This document shows, one piece after another, positions 1-11,843 of a stretch of 64,000 nucleotides of DNA. Every line of letters starts with the position of its first letter. Within the stretch, counting starts at the first letter, position 1. The position numbers and the translations under genes were made by a program. The notes beneath the pieces are model-generated. The model searched no databases. It was not told the origin of the DNA and was given only the letters and a program-made list of their open reading frames with translations. The DNA is from Leucoraja ocellata (taxonomy: Eukaryota). The DNA lies in the NCBI GenBank assembly GCA_036785375.1, contig JAWMAR010000016.1, forward strand, positions 744,001 through 808,000. Reading direction: 5' to 3'.

Positions 1-280
1 AGGGGGAATTTGCGGGGGGGGGGGGTGGCTGCTGCCTGCCACATGCAACGCCAGGCAGTAGATAGGGCTACTTGGCGTTTTTGTAACTTTGTCAATGCAA
101 ACACGTGGCGACACTTGTGTACTGCATTGTTGTATGCAAAACAAAAGATTTCACAGTACCTAGGTATCCTCCCCCACCCCACCCCCCCCCCCCCCCCCCC
201 CTCCCCCAATTCTCCCTTCATTCACAGGTATCCTAGGTACATATGACAAAAAAGTATCATTCATTCATTCCTTCATTCAT
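1..280 (+). mobile_element. 3' end of a Rex1/L2-tailed retroposon with (CATT)n tail and a C-rich insert
   Basis: caaaacaaaagatttcac...tgacaaaaaagtatcattcattcattc tail; C-run at about 168-208. Confidence 0.5.
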
Positions 281-359
281 CAACATTTCTGGGTTCAGTT
301 ACAAATACAACCCCAACATTTCCAGGTTCCTTTACAAACACTACATAAACGGTACTGCT

Positions 360-780
360 GTATCTGCACCACCCCCTCCGTCGTTGGCAGCACATTCATG
401 GCATCTACCATTCTCTGTATAAAAATCTTGCCTCACAAATCTCCTTTAAACTTTGCCTTTCTCAACTTAAAGCTACACCCTCTGGTATTTGACATTTCCC
501 CCCCCCTGGGATAAGGACTCTGACTACTGCTTTCTCTATGCCTCTCATCATTTTATTTACTTCCATCAGGTTATCCCTTAGCTTCTGAGAAAACAATCCC
601 AGTTTGTCCATATTCTCCTTATCGTTAATACTCTCTGATCCAGGCAATATCGTGGTGAAGTCCTTCTGCATTCTCTCTAAAGCCGCCACATTCTTCATGT
701 GAAGCCGTAATAAGAACTGCAGATAATACTCCAAATGTGACCTAAACAAATTATTCTACAGCTGTAACTTGATGTTTCAA
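360..780 (-). mobile_element. CR1 (HER1-type) LINE ORF2 3' fragment
   Basis: Minus-strand peptide RSHLEYYLQF..ALERMQKDFT..KLGLFS..LRDNLMEVNKMMRG resembles the CR1 ORF2 C-terminus. Confidence 0.8.
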
Positions 781-814
781 TTTTACTATTCAATGTCCTG
801 AATTCATTTTTATA

Positions 815-1260
815 AATCATAGGAACTGAATTAGGCCATTCCAGCTATCGAGTCTACTCCGCCATTCAATCATGGCAGATCTTTCAACCCCATTTTTATG
901 CTTTCTCTCTGTAACCTTTGACACCCCGACCAATCAAGAACCTGTCAATCTCTGCTTTAAAAATACCCAGACGGCCTCCACAGCCGTCTGTGGCAATTAA
1001 TTCAACAGATTCTCCATCCTCTGGATAAAGAATTCAATCCTCATCTACTTTCCAAAGATAAATCTTTTTATTTTGAGATTGTACCCTCTGGTCCTAGACT
1101 CTACAATACATAGAAATATTCTCTCCATATCCACTCTATCTACGCCTTTCATTATCCAGTAAGTTTCAATGAGGTCACCCCTCATCCTTCTGAACTCCAG
1201 TGAATACAGGCCCAGAGCCACCATGCATTTATCCTCCATTAATCCATTCACCCCCAGGAC
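815..1260 (-). mobile_element. CR1 LINE 3' fragment
   Basis: LGLYSLEFRRMRGDLIETY..KGVDRVD..ESRTRG is a typical CR1 ORF2 C-terminus. Confidence 0.85.
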
Positions 1261-1369
1261 CACTGATGCACCACTGTGCATCCCCTAACTTGAGCACATC
1301 TCTCCAAGCGAACATAACTACTGTCCCTCAGGTTCTTCTCCTATGACTTTCCAAGAACTAAATTGAGGC

Positions 1370-1740
1370 TCATTGACCTCTAGTTTCCAGGCTTATTTGA
1401 TGCTCTTTCTGAACAACTGGACAACAGTAGCTATCCTCCAATCTCCTGGTGCCCAATGCATGGAAAAATAAATAGCAAAAATCTCCATCAATCCTCCGGC
1501 AATCTCCTCGCTTGCTTCCCTGAGCATATAAGAACAGTTCCCATCAAGCCCTGGCAATTTATCCACCCTAATGTGCTCCAATATTTCTACTACTTTCTTC
1601 TTTCTTAAATAAATGACTTCCAGAAGATCACTGCACCTTCCTGTGCCATTTATACGTTCAATCGCCTGGTTAATATTTTGTGGAAGAGAAAGAATCTCCA
1701 GTAAGAGGCCTCCCATGAAAGAAAAAAAAATACAAAACAT
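1370..1740 (-). mobile_element. CR1 LINE ORF2 internal fragment (pre-RT region)
   Basis: VDKLPGLDG..LREASEEIAGGL..GDWRIATVVQLFRK. Confidence 0.75.
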
Positions 1741-1776
1741 TCATGAGATCAGGTATTATTTGTGAAGAGATACAAA

Positions 1777-2076
1777 GCGGCACAATAGCGTAGTGGTAGA
1801 GTTGCTGCCTTACAGCGCCAGAGACCTGGGATCGATCCTGACTACGAGTGCTGTCTGTACGGAGTTGGCACGTTCTCCCTATGACTGCGAGGTTTTTCTC
1901 CGGGTGCTGGGGTTTCCTCCCACACTCCAAAGATGTGTAGGTTTGCAGGTTAATTGGCTTCTGTAAATTGTCCCTAGTGTGTAGGATAGAACCAGTGTAC
2001 GGGCGATCGTTGGTCGGCACGGACTCGGTGGGCCAAAGTGTCTGTTTCTACCTTGTATCGCTGAAACTAAAACCAA
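1777..2076 (+). mobile_element. V-SINE (HE1-like, tRNA-derived), near full length
   Basis: tRNA-like A/B-box head, V-domain (gttctcc..gtttttctccgggtgct..ggtttcctcccacactccaaaga) and CR1-like tail ending ctaaa. Confidence 0.85.
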
Positions 2077-2789
2077 AGAAAAATAAGTTACGTTTTTTGA
2101 TTGATGAAATTTCATCTGAATCTGAATTGGATGTGAAATGTTAATTTCGTATCTCAGTCCACAGGCAGTTAACAGTTGCAACATTTACAGTTTTTATTCC
2201 TGAAATCCAGTATCTCTCAGTACTTTTTTTTTACAATGGTACCCAACTTAAATCCTGTCTATTTAAATTAATAGTTGTAAAATTGGGCAAAGTCCCCTTT
2301 GAGCAAATTCTCATTCTCATCCAATTATCCTAGATCTGAGATCAGGAGCAGAAATGGAGTGCTGTGCCATTTATATTCCAGAGTTTACAGATCTGCCTCC
2401 GGAAATACAATGCTGCCAAATATTAAGGAAATGATTTATCCGATTCAAACAGATGAGTATGGATTTCCAAAAATGAATTGCCTGAATTTAAAATATCGAT
2501 ACGTGGATTATGTACAGATGTCCATGCATTTGACGTAAGTTTATTCAGAGGGAGTTCATACTTTACTGCGTAAAAGCAATAAATATTTGTTATTGAAAAT
2601 AGTTTGAAGTATTGACATTTTCAATACCAAGAATTACATTGCCAAAGGTATCAAGGAGCAGAACGTGGATCAGGTTAACCTTGATATGATGAAATGTTGA
2701 TAATTACATTGAGGAACCTTTGTTCATTAGGCCTGATTGAATTCATTTATGGCTAATTGTTCTTGCACGCCATAAGCATGCCTTTGACG

Positions 2790-3330
2790 TAGCATAGAAC
2801 AGTATAGCACAGGATCAGGCCCTTCAGCCCACAACATCTGTGGCGTTCATTATTCCAAGATAAACTAATCTCATCTGCCTGCCCGTGATCTATATCCTTC
2901 CAGCCCCTCCATATCTAAATGCCTATCTAAAAGCATTTTAATTGCCATTATCATATGCTATAAATGCTATCATATCCAGCTACGCATTCCGGGTAAACAT
3001 ATTCCACCCTCTGTGTAAAAATCATATCCCGCATGTCTCCTTTAAACTTTGCACCTTTCACCTTAAAGCTATGCACTCTAGTCTTTAACATTCCCACCCT
3101 GGGAATAGGTTCTGACCATCTACCCTATCTATGTCTCTCATAGTTCCATATACCTCTTTCAGGTCTCCTGTCAACCTCCAGCATGCTAGAGAAAACAATC
3201 CAAGTCTGTCTATCCTCCCCTTGTAGCTACTACCCCCTAATCTAGGCAGCATTTTGGTAAACCTCTTCTGCGCCCTCTCTAAAGCCTTCCCACATCCTTC
3301 CTGTGATGGGGTGACAAGAACTGCATGTAA
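2790..3330 (-). mobile_element. CR1 LINE 3' fragment
   Basis: ALERAQKRFTKMLPRL..RLGLFSL..RLTGDLKEVY plus 3' UTR with tail repeat. Confidence 0.8.
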
Positions 3331-3489
3331 CACACATAGTTATTCATTAATATTTTAAGGTGCTTTTTTAAATTAAATGCATATAAATTTTAAAAACAGT
3401 CGAAATCTATCTACATGATTTTTAGATGTGCCTGACCTTCATGGAGGGGTGGGGGGGGGGGAGAGAACGGGGGATGTAGAGGATGATAC

Positions 3490-3705
3490 GGAGGAGGAGA
3501 GGGAGGGGAAGGGATGGAGTTATTGTGGATACCTAAAATTGGTGAATTCAAGGTTCATACTGCTGGCTTGGAAGCCTCTCAAGCGGAGTATGAGGTGCTG
3601 TTTCTCCAGTTTGCCTGTGGCCTCACTCTGGAAATGGAGGAGGCCCAGAACAGAAAGGTCAGTATGGGAATGGGAAGGAGAGTTAAAATGGTTAGCGATG
3701 GGTAC
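3490..3705 (-). mobile_element. Penelope-like element, GIY-YIG C-terminal fragment
   Basis: Minus strand reads LHFQSEATGKLEKQHLILRL..P.SMN, homologous to 37742-37855. Confidence 0.7.
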
Positions 3706-4479
3706 ATGATTTGGAAGCCATTATTGTGATGTTTGGTGGACTGTGTGGGGTGGGGGTTGCTCTTCCTGTGCAGCAGGTGGCACTGCACAGGTCAAAGGGA
3801 GATGTTGTGTACATAGGTCTGTAGACAGGGTGTGTGTGCAGTCATTTTAGAGTAGTCTTGCTGCCAGCATTGTGTAAAGCATTAAAGACTTCTGTTGTAA
3901 ATTGACGACTCTCAGGTTTTGTGCAGACCTAGAAAACGAACACGAAAATTATATTTTTGTTCATTATTTAACCATTAGAGGGAGTTGATAACAACAAGTC
4001 AAAGTCTCGTCAAGTAATTTATTACAAAAACCCAGTTGAAAAGCTGCAATATCTGATATGCTCGTAGTTATTACTGTGACTGACACATACATTTAGAGAA
4101 TGGTCACATAACATTAGCTTCACACTCAAAACTGTAATGAACATTTGCTTCTGCATTGTAAATCCATTGGGTAGTAGTGGAATATGCATGTCAATACATA
4201 AAATCTTTTTCAATGTCAGATTAGTCATATTAAATTGGTACGCCTTGTGAAACAGAGCAAAAGCTGTCTGCCTACAACCATTGACATATAGATGTGGCTA
4301 AATAGTTATATAAATACAAGTTTTTTTCATCTGATAATAAGTCAATAAGTTGAATTTGGATTTCCTTCTAATACAAGAGTTTGAAAACTCTTGCCAGGCT
4401 TTGTCCCGTCCCCACCTCTCTTTTGCGGCTTTCAAAAGCTGCAAAAGAGAGCAGCCCCCCCCCCCCCCCCCCTTATACA

Positions 4480-4600
4480 ATCAGTCTGAAGAAAGTTCCT
4501 GACTCAAAACACCACCTATTCATGTCCCTCCAAAGATGCTGCCTGATCCCCTGAGTTACTCCAGCATTTGCTTTTTTTCATAAACCATCATCTGCAGTTC
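4480..4600 (+). repeat. Penelope-derived hammerhead-core repeat (degenerate)
   Basis: cagtctgaagaaag..gatgctgcctga..ctgagttactccagca. Confidence 0.75.
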
Positions 4601-4649
4601 TGTCCCCAAATGAACAATTTCAGTATATGATTACTTTGAATGTCTTAGG

Positions 4650-4990
4650 TTATAAGGTCATAAGGTCATGAATCATTCGGCCCATCACGTCTACGCCACC
4701 ACTCAATCCTGGCTGATCTATATTTCCCTCCTTACCCCATTCTCCTGCCCTCCCAATAACCTCTGACACCTGTACTAATCAAGAATCTATCTATCTCAGC
4801 CTTAAATATATCTACAGCCTTCAGTGGCAAAGAATTCCACAGATTCACCACCCTCTGACTAAATAAATTTCTCCTCATCTCCTTCCTAAAATAACGTCCT
4901 TTAATTCTGAGGCTATGACCTCTAGTTCCAGACTCTCCCACTAGTAGAAACATCCTCTCCACATTCACTCTAACCAAGCCTTTCACTGTT
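4650..4990 (-). mobile_element. CR1 LINE 3' end
   Basis: GESGTRGHSLRIKG..RRNLFSQRVVNLWNSLP..FKAEIDRFL. Confidence 0.85.
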
Positions 4991-5104
4991 CTGTATGTGT
5001 AGTTTCTTTGGGTTATACCATTTTATTTCAACAACTGCTAATGTATTCATGACTATTTAAATTAACTATAAAATTAAACTAAAAATTAAATTAAATATTG
5101 ATTG

Positions 5105-5365
5105 CGGCATGGTGGCGCAGTGGAGGAGTTGCTGCCTTAATCTGTCTGCATGGAGCTTGTACGTTCTCCCTGTGACCATGTTGGTTTTCTCCAGGTGCTC
5201 TGGTTTCCTCCCATTTCCAAAAACCTTCAGGTTTGTCGGTTAATTGGCTTCTGAAAAATTGCAAATTGTCCCTAGTCTGTAGGATAGTGCTTGTGTATGG
5301 GGTGTTTATTGATCGGCATGGACTCGGTGGGCTGAAAGGCCTGTTTCTGCACTGTATCTCTAAAG
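5105..5365 (+). mobile_element. V-SINE (HE1-like), head partly deleted
   Basis: Same V-domain and tail as 1777-2076. Confidence 0.8.
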
Positions 5366-5956
5366 TCCAACATTTTACCCCAATCATAAATCCTGGTGTT
5401 TATTAGCCTTTCCAGCCAACTGCATCACTTTTTCTATTCAATCTCCCATTTTTCTCATTCAGTTACAGCAGAGACGTTTCCAGGTGCTCTCTCTGCCAGA
5501 CTCTTTTTTTCTGCAACATGAAACAAGGTTTATCTATAGCTCTTCCCAAATCTGAAAAAAGTAATTGACGTGATGAATTAACACAATTTCTTTCTCCGTC
5601 TAACTTGCTAAGCTACTCCATCAATTTGCGTTTAGCTATTTTCCTAGCTAGCCGCCAAGTCTTTTTTTTTTTTACAGTTGTTGCTTTCCATTAATATGAA
5701 TGGTGATGTTCACCATGCACAAGGTCCAACCTATTATATGGAGACACAAGATTACAGACTCAAAAGAAAATATCAAATTGCTGGAGGAATCCAGTGGGTC
5801 AGGAAGAGTCTGTGGAGGGAAATGGACAGATGATGTTGCCTCTCACCAGCTGGGTTTCTCCAGCAATTTTATTTTGTTGCTAGACTTCCATAGGTTGTTT
5901 GAACAAATATCATAGTGCAAGTTGTGGAAAATTGCAACAACTTTTCACCAGATATT

Positions 5957-6259
5957 GGGGCAGCACGGTTGTGCAGCGGTAGAGTTGCTGCCTTACATGG
6001 CCAGAGACCCGGTTTCAATCCTGACTACAGGTTTTGTCTGTACTGAGTTTGTCCATTCTCCCAGTGTGCTCTAGTTTCCTCCCATACTCCAAACACATAG
6101 AGATTTGAAGGTTAATTTGGCTTCGATAAAAATTATAAATTGTCCCTAGTGTGTAGGGTAGTGTTAGAGTACGGGGGATCACTGGTCAGCACGGACTCAG
6201 TCAGCCGAAGAGCCTGTTTCCGCAGTGTATCTCTAAACTAAACTACACTAAACTAAACT
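5957..6259 (+). mobile_element. V-SINE (HE1-like)
   Basis: Head with ggtttcaatcc B box, V-domain and (ACTAA)n tail. Confidence 0.85.
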
Positions 6260-6272
6260 GAAGGCTTCATAA

Positions 6273-6972
6273 TGGGCTACATGTTTGCAGGTAGTTGCCA
6301 GGGAGTCGCCTTCATGGTCGCGAAGAGTTCCCACATTCTGGGAACTATTCACGGCTCATTGTGGTCACAGCGAATTTTTCAACACGTTGAAAAATTAGTG
6401 GCGACTAGAATGAAGCCGCCATGGAGAGTAGCGAGAATTCTCATGCCGTAGGTGGGTGCCAGGCGGTCCTAGTGGGTTGCCAGGAGGTCAAAGTTTCTCG
6501 TAGGTTGTGGCCGGTGCTGATCGGTGAATTTCATTGGCTCATTGGGAACAAAAAAGGTAAGCAGTAGTTTTCAGAACCAAGGATACCAATGTCAAATGTC
6601 CACTGAGCTTCACAGCCATGTTTCTCTGGCTTCTGAAAATTTGTCTCCACTCCTTCTTCCCCTTCTCCCCCCCTTTTAAGGGACTTACCGTACACTGTTC
6701 TTTAGCCATCTGAATAACAGCGCCAACCTTCCTGTTCATCGCAGCGTATGTCTGTATCACCTTGGCTTTGCACCGTATGAATCTTTTAGACAGGGCGAGC
6801 GGGGGGGAGCGCTGTCTAAAAAATTCACATGGGCTGGTGAAGGAAGCGATGTGTTTGTGTGTGTGTTCCACTCTGACAGTCGCCGTTCCAGTTGCTGTTT
6901 TTTCAGGCGACTTCCGGCAACTTGACAGTCGCCGGCAGACCGCTGTAAAATCTCCTCAGTGGAACAGGCCCA
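6273..6972. mobile_element. Non-autonomous PIF/Harbinger element, left TIR mostly deleted
   Basis: TAA flanks both ends (6270-72, 6973-75). The right end agtggaacaggccca resembles the TIR of 54066-54361; the left end keeps only tgggc. Confidence 0.6.
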
Positions 6973-7706
6973 TAAGCAGCCCAAAATCAGCATGCATTTT
7001 TGAAAAATACTGCAAACATATAACAAGAACCTGCAAACCTACATTTATTTGAACATAGAACATGGGACAGTATAGCACAGAATCAGGTCCTTCAGCCCAC
7101 AATGTCTGTGCTGAGCATGATGCCTAAATGAACTAATATTTTCTGCCTGCACATGATCCATATCCATTTTTATTAACTATTTGGGGATATATCAGCATAG
7201 ATATCTTCCAATATTTCAATCTAGAATTTCAATGGTTTCAATGGTCTTTTATTGTCACGTGTAGTGATATTCAAATTACCATACAGTCATACTAAAAAAA
7301 AGACACACAACTACATAAAAGTTAACATAAACATCCACCACAGCGGATTCCCCACATTCCTCACTGTGATGGAAGGCAATAAAGTCTAATCTTCTTCCTC
7401 CTTATTCTCCCACAGTGCGGGGCAGTCGAACCATCCACAGTCAGGGCGGTCGAAGCCCCTGCGGTCGGGATGGTCGGCGCCCCTGCACTCGGAGAAATCG
7501 AAGCTCCCGCGTCAGGGCAGTCGAAGCACCTGCAGCTTGGAGCTCCCGAACTCGGTCTCCAACCAGGGACCGCAAACTCCACAATGTGAAGTCCGCAGGC
7601 TCCTGCGATTGGAGCTCTCAAAGTCGGTCTCCAGCACGAGGCCGCCAGCTTCTCGATGTTAGGTCGCAGTGCAGATGGAGAAACAGTATGGGAAAAAAAT
7701 CGCATT

Positions 7707-8351
7707 TCAAGATTCAAGATTCAATTTTTTTGTCATTTGGACCCCTTGAGGTCCAAACGAAATGACGTTTCTGCAGCCATACATTACAAACAAATAGACC
7801 CAAGACACAACATAATTTACATAAACATCCATCACATCGCTGTGATGGAAGGCCAAAAAAACTTATCTCTCCACTGCACTCCACCCCCCGATGTCAGAGT
7901 CAAAGTCAAAGCCCCCGGCTGGCGATGGCAATTGTCCCGCGGTCATTAAAGCCACGCTGGGCTCCCGGTGCCACCGTCCGCCAGACCCGCAGTTGCAGCC
8001 TCCGAATCTCCGGAGGTCGGGCCGCAGCAGCGCTCCACCACCGCTCCGGACTCGGCCAGCTCCGCAACGGTGAGGTGAGTAGTCGGCACCAGAGCCCCCG
8101 GTCTTCCTGTTGCAGGCCGCTCCTCGTTGCAGCCCCAACAACAACGGAGACCCGACAAAGAAAAGGTCGGGTCTCCGTGCAGGGAGAGATTAAAGGTTAC
8201 CCCCTCCCTCCCAACCCAACCCCACCCCCACCCCCCCCACCCACACACCGCCCAACAAAAAATAACAAAAACTACATAAAAACATAGACAAAAAAATAAT
8301 AAAAACGCAGACGGGCTGCAGAGGCCGCTGCTGACGAGAGTCGCGCCGCCT
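7707..8351 (-). mobile_element. Nested GC-rich retroposon with (TTGAATC)n tail
   Basis: The + strand begins ttcaagattcaagattcaa; GC-rich body, C-run, A-rich tract and head at 8310-8351. Confidence 0.65.
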
Positions 8352-8419
8352 ACGATTTCTGTCGAAGTAAGAGATGAAAACGTTTCCCACACCCCCCCCC
8401 CCCCCAAAATAAAATAAGC

Positions 8420-9266
8420 ATGGTCGGTGGGGGCGCTGCAGCCCTGTCAGCAGCGTGTCCGTTTTTTTCAACTTTTTTTTTTTAAAGTGTGTTTTAAAGT
8501 ATGTTTTTAATGTTTCTTTGTGTGCCTTGTGTGGTGGTGGTGGTGGTGGTGGTGGTGGTGGGGGGGGGGGGGGTGAGAGGGAAACCGCTTCGGTCCATGT
8601 CACCTCCACTTTTTCCATGTCACCTCCCCCTTGGTCTAACAGCGAGGGTTGGGCGGCCTTTCCCAGAGACGCGCCCGGGGCTTCAACGGCGAGCGCAGCG
8701 CAGACTCTCGCCGTTTCGCTGGTCCGCGGCAGCCGTCAGCCTGAAGCCGCAGTCTGCAGAGCTCCAGCTGGATCCCTCGTGGGGGACCCGGGGGAAGATG
8801 AGCTCCAACTACTGGCCCGCGGCCAACTTCTACTGCGGGCGTGGCGGGAACTTATTTACCATCAGGAGCGGGGTCCCTCGCCAGGGATCCCTGGCGAGGA
8901 GCTACGCCCGCCGGCCCTGCGGTCTGCGGTGCTTCTGTCTGCGGCGGGGAATTTAAATCTGCGACCTACACCAGCCTGAAGGTGGGGAGGCACCGATTCA
9001 GGACTTACCTGGACTCTTTACCCTGTCTGCACATCTGGACGCCCGCAGCGACGGCTGCAGAGGGTTGAGGTCCCGACCACGTGGGAAATGGAGGAGGACT
9101 GGCCAATTTTTGTGCCATCCACCACAGTGATGAATGCTGTGGTGGATGTATGTGTTAAATTTTTTAATTGTGTATTTGTGTGTTCTTTAGCATTGTATCG
9201 CTGCTGGCAAATTCATTTCACTTGCACTTTATGTGCAATGTGACGCATAAAACCGTATTGTATTGT
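8420..9266 (+). mobile_element. Nested GC-rich retroposon with (ATTGT)n tail
   Basis: Head ggcgctgcagccctgtcagcagc, T-rich tract, (GGT)n/G-run, GC-rich body and tail tgtgacgcataaaaccgtattgtattgt. Confidence 0.65.
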
Positions 9267-9412
9267 AGAACACCAAAACATACATTTAACACATACCATA
9301 TGACAACAAATAAGGAAGGACAAGTTAGCGAGGCAGCCATTGCTGGCACCATCCGGTGGATTAAACATTAGATTCTGTTTCTTCATTAAGATGTAAAGCA
9401 CCTTGAAATGTT

Positions 9413-9500
9413 CTGAAGAGGGTTCCGAAACGTTGCCTATTTCCTTCGCTCCATAGATGCTGCTTCGCCCGCTGAATTTCTCCAGCATTTTTGTCTACCT
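9413..9500 (+). repeat. Solo Penelope-derived hammerhead-core unit with TSD
   Basis: ctgaagagggttccgaaacgtt... flanked by accttg(g)aaatgttct at 9400-9414 and 9497-9512. Confidence 0.8.
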
Positions 9501-9549
9501 TGGAAATGTTCTACGATCCTTGAATGTATTATAAACTTGCAAGTTCACA

Positions 9550-9805
9550 TCGACCATTGAATACCTTTTCACACTAGTTCTATGTTAGTCCTCTTTCTCA
9601 TGTGCTCTCTACACACTAATGACAATAGCAGCCAATTAACCTACAAACTTTCACATCTTTGGGAATAGGGAGCAAACTGGTGCACCCATAGTAAACCAAT
9701 TGGTCACAGGGAGAGCATGCAAACTACACTGTCAGCACCCAACGTCAGGATTGAACTGGGGTCTCTGGCACTGTGAGGGCAACAGTTCTATCAGCTGCGC
9801 CACCC
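9550..9805 (-). mobile_element. V-SINE (older subfamily)
   Basis: Reverse complement of head and V-domain. Confidence 0.75.
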
Positions 9806-9924
9806 AAATTGTCTTCTTGTTATTTGCAGAACCTCTTTGTGCACAAATCAACTTATTTTTTTCTTCTGTCAACTGATGTTCTGCGATCCATAAATGTATC
9901 ATAAACTTTCAAGTCTTTTCTTTT

Positions 9925-10170
9925 GTTTTAGTTTAGTTTAGAGATACAGCGCAGAAACAGGCTCTTCCGCACACCGAGTCCGCGCTGACCAGCGATCCCC
10001 GCACACTAACACCATCCTACACACACTAGTGGCAATCTATAATTTTATCGAAGCCAATGGCGTCTTTGGAGTGTGGGAGGAAACCGGAGCACCCGGACAA
10101 AACCCACACTCTGTACAGACAGCGCCCGTAGACAGGATCAAAAAGCAGCAACTCTACTGCTGCGCACCAC
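9925..10170 (-). mobile_element. V-SINE (HE1-like) with internal deletions
   Basis: (TTTAG)n tail; ggagtgtgggaggaaaccggagcacc V-domain. Confidence 0.8.
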
Positions 10171-10239
10171 TTTATTGGTACAGTGACTCTTCATGTTTCA
10201 ATGCGGAACTAGAGGAAGCATGGCGGGATAAAAGATTAC

Positions 10240-10460
10240 ATGGCATTATTCAAAGAACAGAATACTTCCTGAGAATCCTTGCTAACAATTATCCCTCAAG
10301 CACCACCAAAAAGTAGATTAACTGCTCAGTCATCTGATTATTACTTGTAGAAATTGGCTGTGTACAAATTAACTGCTGCAACCACCTACATATTACAGCA
10401 CTTCATGAGCCATGAAGCATTTCAGAATCTCCTGAACACATGAATACAAATACTTTCTCT
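10240..10460 (+). mobile_element. Degenerate DeuSINE (SacSINE1/AmnSINE1-like) Deu-domain and tail
   Basis: ttatccctcaa..agatta..ggctgtgtacaaatt.actgc..cctacatattaca..aagcattt..tcctga follows the Deu-domain consensus as I recall it. Confidence 0.6.
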
Positions 10461-10904
10461 TTGTTGTTTTTTAATATATTCTCAGCATGTTACATTTTCC
10501 TCTGGTGTGACCTAACTATTAAAGGTTCGAGAACAATTATCTGATTTCAACAATCCGTCCCGTTTAAATATTCCTGGAAACAGTCATCAGTGGTCCCTTG
10601 GATTTAACTAATTAGCATTAAATTCTAAAGAAAGCTGTGAGTAATATAGATAATTGAACAAGTTTGGTAATGTTATTCATGTTAGAATTATGTGGTTTGG
10701 TTCCTTAATAAAGCTTGTACCTTGGAGATTGAAAGCCCGCAGTTCTGTACTGATTTGAAGTGGAGACTTATTGTAAAAGTACAATAAAACTCTGGTAATC
10801 TACCATCGGGATGTCGATGGTTCAGCATCCGAATCACGTGATTTCTCACTCCCTTGGCACTCACCAAATCTCTGATGCTCACAGTCCCTCGAAACGTTAA
10901 AAAA

Positions 10905-11112
10905 AAAACACAAAGTGCTGAAGTAATACAGCGGGTCAGGCAGCATCAATGGAGAACATGTAGTTGGGGAGAAAGAATGGGTGACATTTCAGTGCGAGAC
11001 CCTTCGAGAAGAAGGGTCTCGACCCGAAACGTTACCCATTCCTTCTCTCCGGCATTTTGTGGCTATCTTCGGTAGATGTAGGACCAGCATCTGCAGTTCC
11101 TTCCTACACATG
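10905..11112. repeat. Inverted pair of Penelope-derived hammerhead-core units
   Basis: Minus copy (..gagacccttc) abuts plus copy (gaagaagggtctcgacccgaaacgtt..). Confidence 0.75.
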
Positions 11113-11843
11113 TAGTAGCGGAGAGACAATTTGCTTTATTGGTAAGTTATCATTTGTATGAGTTAAAGATATTGGTTCTAAGGTGAGGTATTGCCCTGCC
11201 TTTATTTGTGCTTCCGAAAGAGGTTAGTACCATCCTTGGCAGGAGAAATATATAATTACGTTTTTCTTGGTTGCAGATTCCCTACCTCCACTAAAATCAG
11301 TCTGAAGAAGGATCTGGACCCAATCCGTCACCCATCCATGTTCACCTGACCCACTGAGTTACTCCAGCACCTCATGTTTTTTGGTTGTTAGCCAGTTTCT
11401 TGTATCTCCCTGTAAACTTATCAGGTTCACCAAAAAGTATTCTAATGTTTTATATCTAAAATGAAGTGAATCATTAATTTACTTAGTGCACTTGTTTAGT
11501 TTACTTGATTGGGAAGGGTATTCAGGGGCTGTGGGGAGAAGGCGGGATAATGGGGGTGAGAGGGAAAAGTAGGTCAGCCATTAATGAATGGCAGAGTGGA
11601 CTTGATGGGCTGATTGGCCTAATTCTGCTCCTATAACTTCTGGAACTAATGAATTATAAATGTGTGTTGGGGTATTAACATAATTAACATCCAATCTGGG
11701 AACTCTGCCAGAAGGACACTCACAAATTCCTGAGCTCACCAGATTATCGGAATTTGACTGTAGAGGATTCTGTCTTCATTTTATTGCAATCATTTATGAG
11801 TTCATGTTGCACCAAGCACATTTGCTTCTTAGGCAATATGGCA

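Larger units (their letters stand above)
7226..9360 (-). mobile_element. GC-rich non-autonomous retroposon (Rex1/L2-like tail) hosting two nested relatives
   Basis: Tail repeat ttcaatgg at about 7226; the body resumes at 8352-8420 and 9266-9360 after two insertions. Confidence 0.6.

Noticed and set aside
2299-2538. 79-aa ORF in non-repeat sequence as an exon of a neighbouring gene
   Set aside because: No recognisable homology and no convincing splice-site pair
8305-8460. HDV-like ribozyme at the 5' heads of the GC-rich retroposons
   Set aside because: I could not build the nested double pseudoknot (P1/P1.1/P2/P3/P4) by eye
7361-9068. Multiple overlapping 100-170 aa ORFs
   Set aside because: They occur on both strands in GC-rich repeat bodies, are low complexity and show no recognisable domain
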